Of a stretch of 64,000 nucleotides of DNA, positions 27,945 through 37,179 are shown piece by piece; within the stretch, counting starts at the first letter, position 1; each line of letters begins with the position of its first letter. Position numbers and translations under genes: made by a program. Location of the stretch: the NCBI GenBank assembly GCA_963678065.2, contig CAXXVZ010000002.1:192001-256000 (forward strand), read 5' to 3'. Origin of the DNA: Treponemataceae bacterium. Its GTDB lineage: Bacteria; Spirochaetota; Spirochaetia; Treponematales; Rectinemataceae. The notes under the pieces are model-generated. The model was not told the DNA's origin and did not search any database. It was given only the letters and a program-made list of their open reading frames with translations.

Positions 27945-29882
27945 ATGGAAGAAGGTCCGTCCGGAACAGGGGCGATCGAAAGATCCGGACACAGGCGTGG
28001 CGCCGGATCTGTGGCCGCAGCTTCAGCCGTATCCTCGGCAGGCTTCGACCGACGGCTCAAAACGGCACTCGTCGCGGTCAATCTTTTCGTCTTCCTCCTC
28101 GCGTGTGTCGTCCTCTGGTTCGTGTACCTCCGAGCTGTGGAAGAGGCAAAGATCGCGACGCAGAATCTGGCCCTCACGCTGGAAAAACACATCTCCGGAG
28201 TATTCAAGAAGGCCGAAGTCGCGCTCTTCGCCGCCGGCGACGAGGCCGAGCGGCAGCTCGCGACCGCGGGCATCGATGCCGGCTCCTACAGCCGCTTCCT
28301 CGCCGTGCAGACGGGAAGGGTGCCCGAGGTGTCGGCCATCCGCATGGCCGACAAGACGGGGCGCATCCTCTTCGGGAAGGGCGTGGCGAAGGATTCCGCC
28401 GTCAACGTCGCCGACCGCGATTACTTTGTCCACGCGCGGGACGATCGGTCGGACGGCTCTTACATTTCGTCGCCCTACCTCAGCAGGATCTCCGGCGAAT
28501 GGACCATCAACATATCCCACAGGATCGTATACAGGGATGGAAGCTTCGCGGGCGTCGTCTATGCCGGTTTCCCGACCGCTTTCTTCACGGAACTCTTCTC
28601 CTCGCTCGATATCGGCCGGAGCGGGACTGCCGCGCTCAGGGACCATGAGCTGAAACTGATCGCCCGCCATCCCGATCCCGGGAAAAATGGCAGCTTCATC
28701 GGCCAGCAGATCAGCCAGGCTTCTTTTCTCGACAGGGCGCGGTCGGGGATCGAGCAGTGGACACAGACAGAACTCTCGGACATCGACGGCTTCTACAGGA
28801 TACTCTCGTTCAGAAAGATAGAAGGCTTTCCCCTCTACGTCTCCGTCGGGGTGGCATCCGCCGATTACTTGGCCGGATGGAACAATCTCGGCCTCGTGGT
28901 GATCCTTCTGATCGCCTTCTTCGTGGCCGTAACTGTCAGGCTGAGTCAGCTCATTCTGGTTTCATGGGGTAAGGAGAAGCGGGCCGAAGAGGATTTGCGG
29001 GAGTCGAACCGGCGACTGGAAGAGGGCATCAGCGAACGCACCGCCGATCTGAGCCGCGCCAACGACCGACTCAGGATGGAGCTCGAGGAGCGGGTGCGCA
29101 TAGAGAAGAGAATCCAGAACATCAACACCGAACTCGAACAGCGGGTTCGCGAACGGACCAGCCTTCTCGAGTCGACGAACAAGGAACTGGAGGCTTTCGC
29201 ATATTCGATTTCCCACGACTTGCGCTCGCCGCTGCGCGCGCTGGACGGCTTCAGCGAAGTTCTTCTCCGCGAATACGGGGAGAAGATGGATGGGCGCGGC
29301 AGGGAACTTCTGGAGCGCATTCAGACGGCATCGCGTAGGATGGGGCAGCTCATCAGCGATCTTCTCAACCTCTCCACGATCGCCCGCATGGGGTTCGCGC
29401 GGCAGGAAGTCGACCTCTCCATCATCGCGAGGGAGACGGTGGAAAAACTCAAAGCCGCCGATCCGGCGCGAAAAATCAGCGTCAGGATAGCGCCCGGCCT
29501 GAAGGCGATGGGCGACGAGCGGCTCATCCGGTTCATGATGGAGCACCTGATCGACAACGCCTGGAAGTTCACGGGCGGACAGGATGATGCGCGCGTGGAG
29601 ATCGGGTCGGACCGATCGGGCCCACAGAAAGAATTCTTCGTCAGAGACAATGGCGTCGGATTTGATATGGCCTACGCGGGCAATCTCTTCAAGCCCTTCC
29701 AGAGACTGCACGGCATACACGAGTTCCCCGGCAACGGCATAGGGCTGGTGACCGTCCAGCGGATCGTGGCGCGGCACGGCGGGACGATCCGGGTGGAGGC
29801 AGAACCCGGGCAAGGTGCAACCTTCCGTTTCACACTCCCGCCCGGGCCTCAAGGCGCTACATCGGAGTCATGTCCGGGATAG
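27945..29882 (+). CDS. Sensor histidine kinase (Cache-like periplasmic domain, HisKA, HATPase)
   Basis: Two TM segments, DRDYF, FAYSISHDLRSPL, NAWKF, DNGVGFD, FQRLH, G.GIGL. Confidence 0.92.
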   Translation: MEEGPSGTGAIERSGHRRGAGSVAAASAVSSAGFDRRLKTALVAVNLFVFLLACVVLWFVYLRAVEEAKIATQNLALTLEKHISGVFKKAEVALFAAGDEAERQLATAGIDAGSYSRFLAVQTGRVPEVSAIRMADKTGRILFGKGVAKDSAVNVADRDYFVHARDDRSDGSYISSPYLSRISGEWTINISHRIVYRDGSFAGVVYAGFPTAFFTELFSSLDIGRSGTAALRDHELKLIARHPDPGKNGSFIGQQISQASFLDRARSGIEQWTQTELSDIDGFYRILSFRKIEGFPLYVSVGVASADYLAGWNNLGLVVILLIAFFVAVTVRLSQLILVSWGKEKRAEEDLRESNRRLEEGISERTADLSRANDRLRMELEERVRIEKRIQNINTELEQRVRERTSLLESTNKELEAFAYSISHDLRSPLRALDGFSEVLLREYGEKMDGRGRELLERIQTASRRMGQLISDLLNLSTIARMGFARQEVDLSIIARETVEKLKAADPARKISVRIAPGLKAMGDERLIRFMMEHLIDNAWKFTGGQDDARVEIGSDRSGPQKEFFVRDNGVGFDMAYAGNLFKPFQRLHGIHEFPGNGIGLVTVQRIVARHGGTIRVEAEPGQGATFRFTLPPGPQGATSESCPG

Positions 29883-32814
29883 CGCCCGGCATCGAGGATA
29901 TCCACTCGCCGATGTGCGCCGCGTCGACCGGCTTTGAAAAATAATCGCCCTGGATGGCGTCTATCCGCATGCCTGCGAGGAGCTCGAGCTGCCTCTTCTC
30001 CTCGACCCCCTCGACGATGATGTCGAGGCCGAACACTGCGGCCAGTTCGGAGAAAACTTCCAGAAGTCGCGTCACCCTCTCGTCCTTTCCGATCCCCGAG
30101 AGGAACTGCCGGTCTATTTTGATCGCGTCGAAGCGATAGTCCTTCAGGTAGCCGATCGAAGAATAGCCCGAACCGAAATCGTCGAGAAAAATCCGGAAAC
30201 CCTTTCCCCGGGCCGAATCGATCATCCGGCCTGTCAGTCCTGGGTCCTCGAGGAAGGTCGATTCGGTGAGTTCGAGAACGAGGTCGGAGGGAGCGGCCCC
30301 CTCCGCGACCACTGTCTCGACCATTTTTTCGATCAGGAAGGAATCCCGGATCTGGAGCGGGGAGAGGTTGACGCTGACATAGAAGCTCCGGTCGGGATAT
30401 TCCTTTTTCCAGAGGGCGATCTGTCGGGCCGCCTTGCGGATCATGTAGCGTCCGAGTTCGAGAATGAGGCTCGATTCTTCGGCCAAAGGAATGAATACGC
30501 CGGGCATGACGAGACCGTACTCCGCGTGGGGCCAGCGCGCTAGAGCCTCGAATCCGAGGCAGACACCGTCCGAGGCCCGGACGATCGGCTGGTAGAAGAC
30601 CCCGATCCCGTCGGTACGGACGGCGACATGCAGCTCGTTCTCCAGTTCCATGCGCCTGAAGACTTCTTCGCGCATTGTTTCGTCGAAAACCTCGCGCCTG
30701 GCTCGGCCGGCCGCCTTGGCCCTGTACATGGCTATGTCGGCATCCCTGAGGACATCCTCCGTTTCGGAATACTCCTTCCTTCCGAGGTTGACGCCGATGC
30801 TCGCGGTGATCATGAAATGCCCGTCGTCAATGTCGATGGGGATGGTGAGCGCCTCTTCGATACTGTCGACGACATCGTGCACTCTGCGTTCCGGATCGCC
30901 CTCCACAAGGACTAGGAACTCGTCTCCGCCGAGCCTGACGAGGCTCTCATGTTCGTGGATGCAGGATCGGAGGCGCCAGGCCACGGCGACGAGGACCTTG
31001 TCTCCTACATTGTGGCCTCTCGTATCGTTGATGAGTTTGAAGTGATCGAGATCGAGGAAGATGACGGCATACCGGGGCCCATCTCCTTCCTTCGCCCAAT
31101 GAAGAAGGTGGCCCAGCCTTTCGTTCAGCCATTTCCGGTTGTGCAGTCCCGTCAGAACGTCGTATTCGGCCTCGAAACGCAGACGGTCCTCCGCACGGCG
31201 GCGGTCGGTGACATCCGAATTGGAGCCGGCCATCCGGAGGGCGCCTGTTCCGGGGTCGCGGAGGGCAAGTCCCCGCGTGAGTATCCAGATGTATTCGCCG
31301 TCTTTCCTGCTGATCCTGTACTCGTTTTTGAATACTGAAGTCTTGCCATCGAGGTGGGCGAAAAGTTCGCGGTCAAAACCGGGCCGGTCGAGGCTGTGGA
31401 TGCGGCTGAACCATGCTTCGGGATCGGTGCCGAACCCGTCCCTGTCGAAACCGAGCATCTGGGCGAAACGCTCGGAAAAAAAAGCTTTCCGGGTGACGAA
31501 ATCGAGTTCCCACAAACCTTCGTTGGTCGCCCTCGCGACGAGGGAATAGCGCGCTTCGCTCGCCAGAAGAGCCTTGTCCATGCGTCGCTTTTCGTGAATG
31601 GACTCGAGGTATGCGTTGAACCAGCGCACAAGGTCGCCGACTTCATCCAGGCTGGCGGATTCGAGACGGAAATCATTGTCGAGGCTGCCCTGCCCAAGCG
31701 CCCGGAAAGCGTTGCTGATACTCCGGAGCGGAGTGATCCAGCGCCGGACGACTCCGATGGTGAACACGAGTGTGCCCGCGAACATGACGAGGGCGCAGAT
31801 CAGGGTCACGAGGTAGATATCCCTGTTCCTGCCGAGGAGAATGGACTCGGGCATGAGAGCGATGAGGGTCCAGTCGGTCCTGTCGATTTTTATCGAAAAA
31901 AGCAGATTCCGCCCTCTGTCGTCGTTGTGATACCGGATCCGGGCAGTGCCCGCGAGATCGGACAAAAGGCTCTCGGGAACCGGGCCTCCGGCTGCCACAT
32001 CTCCCGAACTGGCGATAAAGCGATTGTTCCGGTCGATGATCATGAATCTGGCCCCCGTGGTGGAAGCCACCTCGGCGAGAGATGCGCCGAAGGTCTCGGG
32101 CGCGAAACTCAGCATGAGGACCGCGCGGGGCACCGACTCGAGGCTCGCCTTGTCCATCCTCGTAATGAGCCTCGCGACATTGACAACTTTTTCCTTGTCA
32201 TCTTTGCCGGAGAGGCTTTCGTTCACTCCGAGCCAGAGAACACTCTGCCCCGAAGCCACGAGTTGCCTGAAAATGTCTGCCTTGAGGTCCTCGCGCTGTT
32301 TTTCAGCGTACAGAGTGTCGCCCACGCGAAAATCGCCTCCCCCGGGTACCCAGAGATGGATGAGCGAGAGCCCTTTTATGGTAAGGAAGTTGGAGAGCAC
32401 ATATCCGATCCTAGCCTGCGTCGCCAGCTTGAGATAATCGTCTCCTGTCGCGGGAGAGTTCAAGGCTTCGTTGATCGAGTCGGTTCCGGCGATCGCCGAG
32501 AGCAGATTTTCAGCCTGGCCGACGATGTTTTCCATGATGTCGTCCTGGGACTCGAGGACTGAATCCATGGCTGAATTCTGTGCCGAGAGGATGGAACGGG
32601 ATGCCATCTGCACGGAAAGCAAACCGAGGATGACGAGGGGAACGAAGCTGACAATGAGAAAATACGTCAAAAAACTGGAGAGCATGCCGCCTTTCATCCG
32701 CGCGCGGGTCGGGGCACGGAGATTCGTCTGAACGGAGGAAGGCGATTCCCCTTCCGTCCGGGCGATATTTCCGGCCTCCGCTTCCTTTGCGCCGTCGGGC
32801 TGTCGTCTCTCCAT
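29857..32814 (-). CDS. Membrane Cache-HAMP-PAS-GGDEF-EAL diguanylate cyclase/phosphodiesterase
   Basis: DEVG.L HAMP, PAS, D.LTGL.NR, LGGDEF, YQPIV, EALARW, DDFGSGYSS, EGVE; start may be 32697. Confidence 0.93.
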   Translation of the reverse strand: MERRQPDGAKEAEAGNIARTEGESPSSVQTNLRAPTRARMKGGMLSSFLTYFLIVSFVPLVILGLLSVQMASRSILSAQNSAMDSVLESQDDIMENIVGQAENLLSAIAGTDSINEALNSPATGDDYLKLATQARIGYVLSNFLTIKGLSLIHLWVPGGGDFRVGDTLYAEKQREDLKADIFRQLVASGQSVLWLGVNESLSGKDDKEKVVNVARLITRMDKASLESVPRAVLMLSFAPETFGASLAEVASTTGARFMIIDRNNRFIASSGDVAAGGPVPESLLSDLAGTARIRYHNDDRGRNLLFSIKIDRTDWTLIALMPESILLGRNRDIYLVTLICALVMFAGTLVFTIGVVRRWITPLRSISNAFRALGQGSLDNDFRLESASLDEVGDLVRWFNAYLESIHEKRRMDKALLASEARYSLVARATNEGLWELDFVTRKAFFSERFAQMLGFDRDGFGTDPEAWFSRIHSLDRPGFDRELFAHLDGKTSVFKNEYRISRKDGEYIWILTRGLALRDPGTGALRMAGSNSDVTDRRRAEDRLRFEAEYDVLTGLHNRKWLNERLGHLLHWAKEGDGPRYAVIFLDLDHFKLINDTRGHNVGDKVLVAVAWRLRSCIHEHESLVRLGGDEFLVLVEGDPERRVHDVVDSIEEALTIPIDIDDGHFMITASIGVNLGRKEYSETEDVLRDADIAMYRAKAAGRARREVFDETMREEVFRRMELENELHVAVRTDGIGVFYQPIVRASDGVCLGFEALARWPHAEYGLVMPGVFIPLAEESSLILELGRYMIRKAARQIALWKKEYPDRSFYVSVNLSPLQIRDSFLIEKMVETVVAEGAAPSDLVLELTESTFLEDPGLTGRMIDSARGKGFRIFLDDFGSGYSSIGYLKDYRFDAIKIDRQFLSGIGKDERVTRLLEVFSELAAVFGLDIIVEGVEEKRQLELLAGMRIDAIQGDYFSKPVDAAHIGEWISSMPGAIPDMTPM

Positions 32815-32818
32815 TCGC

Positions 32819-33814
32819 TCATTCTCCCGCGCGCGTGATCACGGACGTGTTCAGCACGGTCAGGGCGGGAACTGTCCCCCCCTTGAGCAACTTGAGGGCG
32901 TACTCGACGCCGAGCCTGCCCTGGGCCACTGGATTCTGGTCGACCGTCACGGCGAGCTTTCCTGCTTTCATGGCGGTCAGGGCCTGCGGGAGCGCGTCGA
33001 AACCGCCGACGAGGACATCGGTCCTCCCCGACTCATCCAGATGTCGGATGGCTCCGAGGGCCATCATGTCGTTGGCGCAAAAGATATATCGGGTGCCGGG
33101 AAACCGCTGCATGAGCCGGGCGACAAGGTCGTGGGCTTCGTCGATCTTCCAGTTGGCGCTCTCCGAGGCGACGAGCTTGATTTCGGGGTGAAGGGCAAAA
33201 GCCTCGAGCGCGCCGTTTTTCCTGTCTTCGGCGTTGGATGCCGTCCGGATACCCTCGATCAGCAAAGCCTGTGCGGGATCCTTGTTGCCTCGTATGAGCG
33301 CGGCGACGGCATTTCTGGCGCCAGCCCTGTTGTCGACGCTGATGAAGGGGACATCCTCCATTCCGAACTTCTTCATGAAGGCCGGATCGAGCCTGTTGTC
33401 GATGTTGACGACCAGGATGTGTGCGTCGCGGGCCTTTTTAAGCGCCGGAATGAGCTCGACGGAGTCGCCGGGGGCTATGACGATGGCGTCATACTTTTCT
33501 CTGATGGATTCCTCGACGATGGCGATCTGCTGCTGTATGGAGGTCTCCTGGGCGGCTGTCTTGACGGTGAGCCGGATGCCCTGTTCCTTTTCCGCGAGCC
33601 TCGCTCCCTTTTCCATCTCGATGAAGAAAGGATTGGCGAGGGTTTTCATTATAAGGACGATGCGGGCGGGTGGCGGAGAGGCCTTGGTCTCCGTCTTTGA
33701 AACGGCGCCGGGCAGGGACGGACCCGGCGGCTTGTTTCCGCAAGCCGTGGACATAAAGACAATTCCCATGAGTATCGTGAACGCCAGATTGCGCCGACGA
33801 TCCGACCCTGTCAT
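32819..33814 (-). CDS. RbsB-like sugar-binding lipoprotein
   Basis: Lipobox-like STAC, KTLANPFF, NIDN, ANDMMALGA, GFD, TVDQ.P..QG. Confidence 0.9.
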   Translation of the reverse strand: MTGSDRRRNLAFTILMGIVFMSTACGNKPPGPSLPGAVSKTETKASPPPARIVLIMKTLANPFFIEMEKGARLAEKEQGIRLTVKTAAQETSIQQQIAIVEESIREKYDAIVIAPGDSVELIPALKKARDAHILVVNIDNRLDPAFMKKFGMEDVPFISVDNRAGARNAVAALIRGNKDPAQALLIEGIRTASNAEDRKNGALEAFALHPEIKLVASESANWKIDEAHDLVARLMQRFPGTRYIFCANDMMALGAIRHLDESGRTDVLVGGFDALPQALTAMKAGKLAVTVDQNPVAQGRLGVEYALKLLKGGTVPALTVLNTSVITRAGE

Positions 33815-34051
33815 GTTTTTGCCACCTTTCCCCCCCTTGAGCGGATCAGCCGGACCCCGGCAGAAGGACGAATGCCGGCGCATTCCGGCTTCATCCGATC
33901 AGGTCAGAGGGGAAAATCCGCTGCCGGTTTTCCGCATACCGTTCTATCTGACAGTCACCCAGATATAAATGATAGTATGACTCGGCCCGCGAGACAACGG
34001 GCGCCCGGAAAGGCCCTGCGGGCAGGCGGCCTCATCGATCCGATTTTCCGG

Positions 34052-35116
34052 CTAAACGAGCCTCAGCACCTCGCCGAGCAGGTGCACGGTCAGGGCCTGG
34101 CCGTAGGCCATGGGGCAGACGGGGATGCGCTTGTAGAAGTCCGCGTCGTCGCCCATGGGCGTGCCGTAGGAGACCTGGGTGACCGCGCCGGTTTCGTCGA
34201 CACGGGCGAGGACGGCTTCGCAGGCTCGAAGTCCCATGGCCCGGTAGGACGCGGGGAGAAATCCGAGGCGGACAGCCTTGAGTATACCGTAGCCGAAGCC
34301 AGCCGTGGCCGAACTTTCGACATACGAACTCGGGTCGTCGATGATGGTGTGCCACATGCCGTCGGGGTCTTGGAGGGGTATGAGAGCGTCGACCTGGTCC
34401 TGGAAGGTGTCGAGGAGGTACTGCCTGACGCCGCCCTCGAGTCCGATCATCTCGATGAAGTCGATGACGCCGGCGGTGAACCAGCAGTTGCCGCGACCCC
34501 AGTGGATGCGGCCGAAATTGTTCCTGCCGTCGAAGGTCCAGCCGTGGAACCAGAGGCCGGACTCGCGGTCGGCGAGATACTTGATGTGGATGAGGAACTG
34601 GCGGACAGCCTCCTCGACGTACTCGCGCCTGCCCGTGACCATGCCCGTCTTGGCGAGGAAGAGCACGGTCATGTAGAGGGTGTCGACCCAGAGCTGGCCG
34701 TCGTTGCGCCGATTGGTGACGATGTGCTGGAGGCCGCCGTCGACCGTGCGGGGCATCTCGCGCATGACCCACTCGGCCCATTCCAGGCAGAGCGCGAGCC
34801 TCTCGGGGCGCTTGTCGATCTCGTAGAGATGGATGAGGGTGAGCATGGGGGCCATGGTGTTGACATTCTTCTCTGGCAGCCCCTCGGCGATGCGCGCCGC
34901 GAACCATGCGTCGAGGATATCGAAGTAGCGCTTCTCGCCCGTGCGCAGATAGAGCTTGCACATGCCGTAGAGTCCGACGCCCTGAGGCCACTCCCACTTG
35001 GTGAAATCGAGGTTGCTGATGGGGTTGGTCTCGACGAATTCCGGCTTTGGCGGATTCGTCATGCGGATGATGATCTCGTCCATCTTCTTTTCGAGCGCGC
35101 TGCGGTCAAACTTCAT
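34052..35116 (-). CDS. Glycoside hydrolase family 105 (unsaturated rhamnogalacturonyl hydrolase, YteR/YesR-like)
   Basis: WEWPQGVGL, QLW.DTL.M, GLW.HGW, WGRGN.W, GMWHT, ESSATA, YGQ. Confidence 0.92.
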   Translation of the reverse strand: MKFDRSALEKKMDEIIIRMTNPPKPEFVETNPISNLDFTKWEWPQGVGLYGMCKLYLRTGEKRYFDILDAWFAARIAEGLPEKNVNTMAPMLTLIHLYEIDKRPERLALCLEWAEWVMREMPRTVDGGLQHIVTNRRNDGQLWVDTLYMTVLFLAKTGMVTGRREYVEEAVRQFLIHIKYLADRESGLWFHGWTFDGRNNFGRIHWGRGNCWFTAGVIDFIEMIGLEGGVRQYLLDTFQDQVDALIPLQDPDGMWHTIIDDPSSYVESSATAGFGYGILKAVRLGFLPASYRAMGLRACEAVLARVDETGAVTQVSYGTPMGDDADFYKRIPVCPMAYGQALTVHLLGEVLRLV

Positions 35117-36221
35117 TGTCTTCTCCTTGCAGGGCTTCGGATCTTGTGGGCCTTCCGATCGCCGCGTAGTAATCGTCGAGTATCGCGAGGCTTTTTATCC
35201 CTTCGTCAGGGTCGAGGGGGAAGGGCCTGCCTTCGCGGATACAGTCGTAGAAGTCTTCGATGAGGTCGGCGTGGCGGTTGCCCCAGTAGGCGTGGCGCGG
35301 GTCGGCGGGGTCGGCGGCCAGGCCGGAGTCGTCGGGCGCGAGCCTGAGAGTTTCCCGCGGCGAGTCAGACCCCGTTACGATCAGGTACAGCGCGTCGGTG
35401 ATCCGCATGCGGGCGCCTTCGCAGAGAATTTCGAACTCCACGGGGGAGTCCTCGACATTGCCGTTGGTGGCGAACAGGATTCCGCGCCCGCCGGAAGCGA
35501 GGTCCATGAATACGACCGCCGTGTCCTCGACCTCGATGAGGCCGGGCAGGGTCATGTTGCCGCCGATCCCGCGCGCGCGTACGCAGCCGCCTCCGAGCCA
35601 CTGGATGATGTCGAGGCTGTGGATGGCCTGATTTATCAGGGCGCCGCCGCCCTCCGTCTTCCAGCGGCCCCGCCAGCCGCCGCGCGAGGCGTAGTAGGCG
35701 GCGTCCCGTTTCCAGGCGACGAGGGCGCGGACTCCGACAAGCGCGCCGTATTTCCCCGAGTCGACGAGGCGCTTCGCCTGTGCGACGGCCGGGCGGTAGC
35801 GGTTCTGGAAACAGAGACCGAGGTTTCTGCCGCTCGCGCGCCAGACTGCGGCGAGTTCCCGCCCCTCGGCGCAGTCCATCGCCATGGGCTTCTCCATGAG
35901 GACCTGCTTGCCCGCGCGCAGTGCCTGCGCCGCCATGGGAGCGTGGAGCCAGTGCGGCGTGCAGATGTGCACGGCGTCGATGTCCGCGCGGGTCAGCATC
36001 CCGTCGAAGTCGCGGCACAGCTCCGCGCCGGGGTGCGCCGCGCGCGCCAGTTCCAGACAGGCCGGATCGGTGTCGCAGACAGCGGCCAGCTCGATCCCGG
36101 GAAGGGAAGCGATCGCCTTCGCGTGCACGGGGCCGATGTTGCCGAATCCGACGACAGCCGCGCGTATGCGCCGGGCGCCACCATCGGACAATGGTGTCGC
36201 ACAACCGGACAGATCGGTCAT
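35106..36221 (-). CDS. Gfo/Idh/MocA-family oxidoreductase
   Basis: GFGNIG..H, CTPH..H, EKP, GGG.L.NQAIH..D; ATGA overlap at 36218-36221. Confidence 0.92.
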   Translation of the reverse strand: MTDLSGCATPLSDGGARRIRAAVVGFGNIGPVHAKAIASLPGIELAAVCDTDPACLELARAAHPGAELCRDFDGMLTRADIDAVHICTPHWLHAPMAAQALRAGKQVLMEKPMAMDCAEGRELAAVWRASGRNLGLCFQNRYRPAVAQAKRLVDSGKYGALVGVRALVAWKRDAAYYASRGGWRGRWKTEGGGALINQAIHSLDIIQWLGGGCVRARGIGGNMTLPGLIEVEDTAVVFMDLASGGRGILFATNGNVEDSPVEFEILCEGARMRITDALYLIVTGSDSPRETLRLAPDDSGLAADPADPRHAYWGNRHADLIEDFYDCIREGRPFPLDPDEGIKSLAILDDYYAAIGRPTRSEALQGEDNEV

Positions 36222-37141
36222 CGGGCGGGTTCCCCTCCGGCTCGCGCCTTCTCCACCATCGCCATGAGAGCCCTGCCATATCCGATGTATCCCGCCATCC
36301 TGGCCTCTTCGGGGGATACCCCGCTTCCCTCGTGGAAGACTGCCTCCGTATGCGGCTCGATGGACAGGAATCCGTCGTAACCCGATTTCACGAGGTCTTC
36401 CACGATGCGCACGACATCGCCGTTGCCTTCCCCCGGCAACGTAAAGCGCGCCTTCGGGAAAATGCCCTCGCTCGGGCCGATGTAGACGCAGTCCTTGATG
36501 TGCACGTGCTTCACGAAAGGCTTCACGCGCTCGTAGAACTCCCACGAACTCTGGATCTTCCAGGGCTCGGGTCCCCGCCTGTCAAAGCTGAAAGGCGGAT
36601 TGCCCGTGTCGAATATGAGACCGAAGGCAGGGGACTTTATCGCCTCGAGGAGCCGCAGAGTGTGTTCCCAGGACTGTCCCCCGAAGTTCATGCAATTCTC
36701 GTGCAGGTACAGGACGCCCGCCTCCTCGCACATCCGCACGAGGGGCGCGAGGCGCTCGACGACGAGCCGCGCGATCGCGGGATCGTCGGGTGAGGCCTCG
36801 CGCACGATGCCGAAACTCATGCCTCTGAGCATGGTGGTCCCCAGCCGCTTCATTCGGGGCAGTGCCCGCGAAAGCTCCGCTACGCTGCGCTCGAAGTCTT
36901 CGTCCTTGCGCGGGTCCTTTCCCCAGTTCGCGACCGCGCTGCCGAAGCAGTCGATCCTGACGCCCGATTCAAAAAGCGCGCGCTCGACTTCGTCGAACGT
37001 CGCCTCGTCGACGTCGGTGATGTTGACGCCGTCGATGGCCCGCGACTCGATCGACGCCCAGCCGAGCCGTTTCGTCGCCTCGATCTGGCCGCGGATTCCC
37101 GCGGCGGCCTCGTCCGCGAATCCTGTATATCTGATTGCCAT
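36218..37141 (-). CDS. Sugar phosphate isomerase/epimerase (AP endonuclease-2 TIM barrel)
   Basis: GFADEA, LHEN, FDTGN, HVHIKD, G.G.G, LSIEPH. Confidence 0.9.
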   Translation of the reverse strand: MAIRYTGFADEAAAGIRGQIEATKRLGWASIESRAIDGVNITDVDEATFDEVERALFESGVRIDCFGSAVANWGKDPRKDEDFERSVAELSRALPRMKRLGTTMLRGMSFGIVREASPDDPAIARLVVERLAPLVRMCEEAGVLYLHENCMNFGGQSWEHTLRLLEAIKSPAFGLIFDTGNPPFSFDRRGPEPWKIQSSWEFYERVKPFVKHVHIKDCVYIGPSEGIFPKARFTLPGEGNGDVVRIVEDLVKSGYDGFLSIEPHTEAVFHEGSGVSPEEARMAGYIGYGRALMAMVEKARAGGEPAR

Positions 37142-37179
37142 GGAATCCTCCGTCCCGCCCGGTCCGGGCGGCTTGTCCT

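Noticed and set aside
33840..33980. Structured leader upstream of the SBP-GGDEF/EAL operon as a c-di-GMP riboswitch
   Set aside because: I cannot match class I or class II consensus elements; a covariance-model search would be needed.
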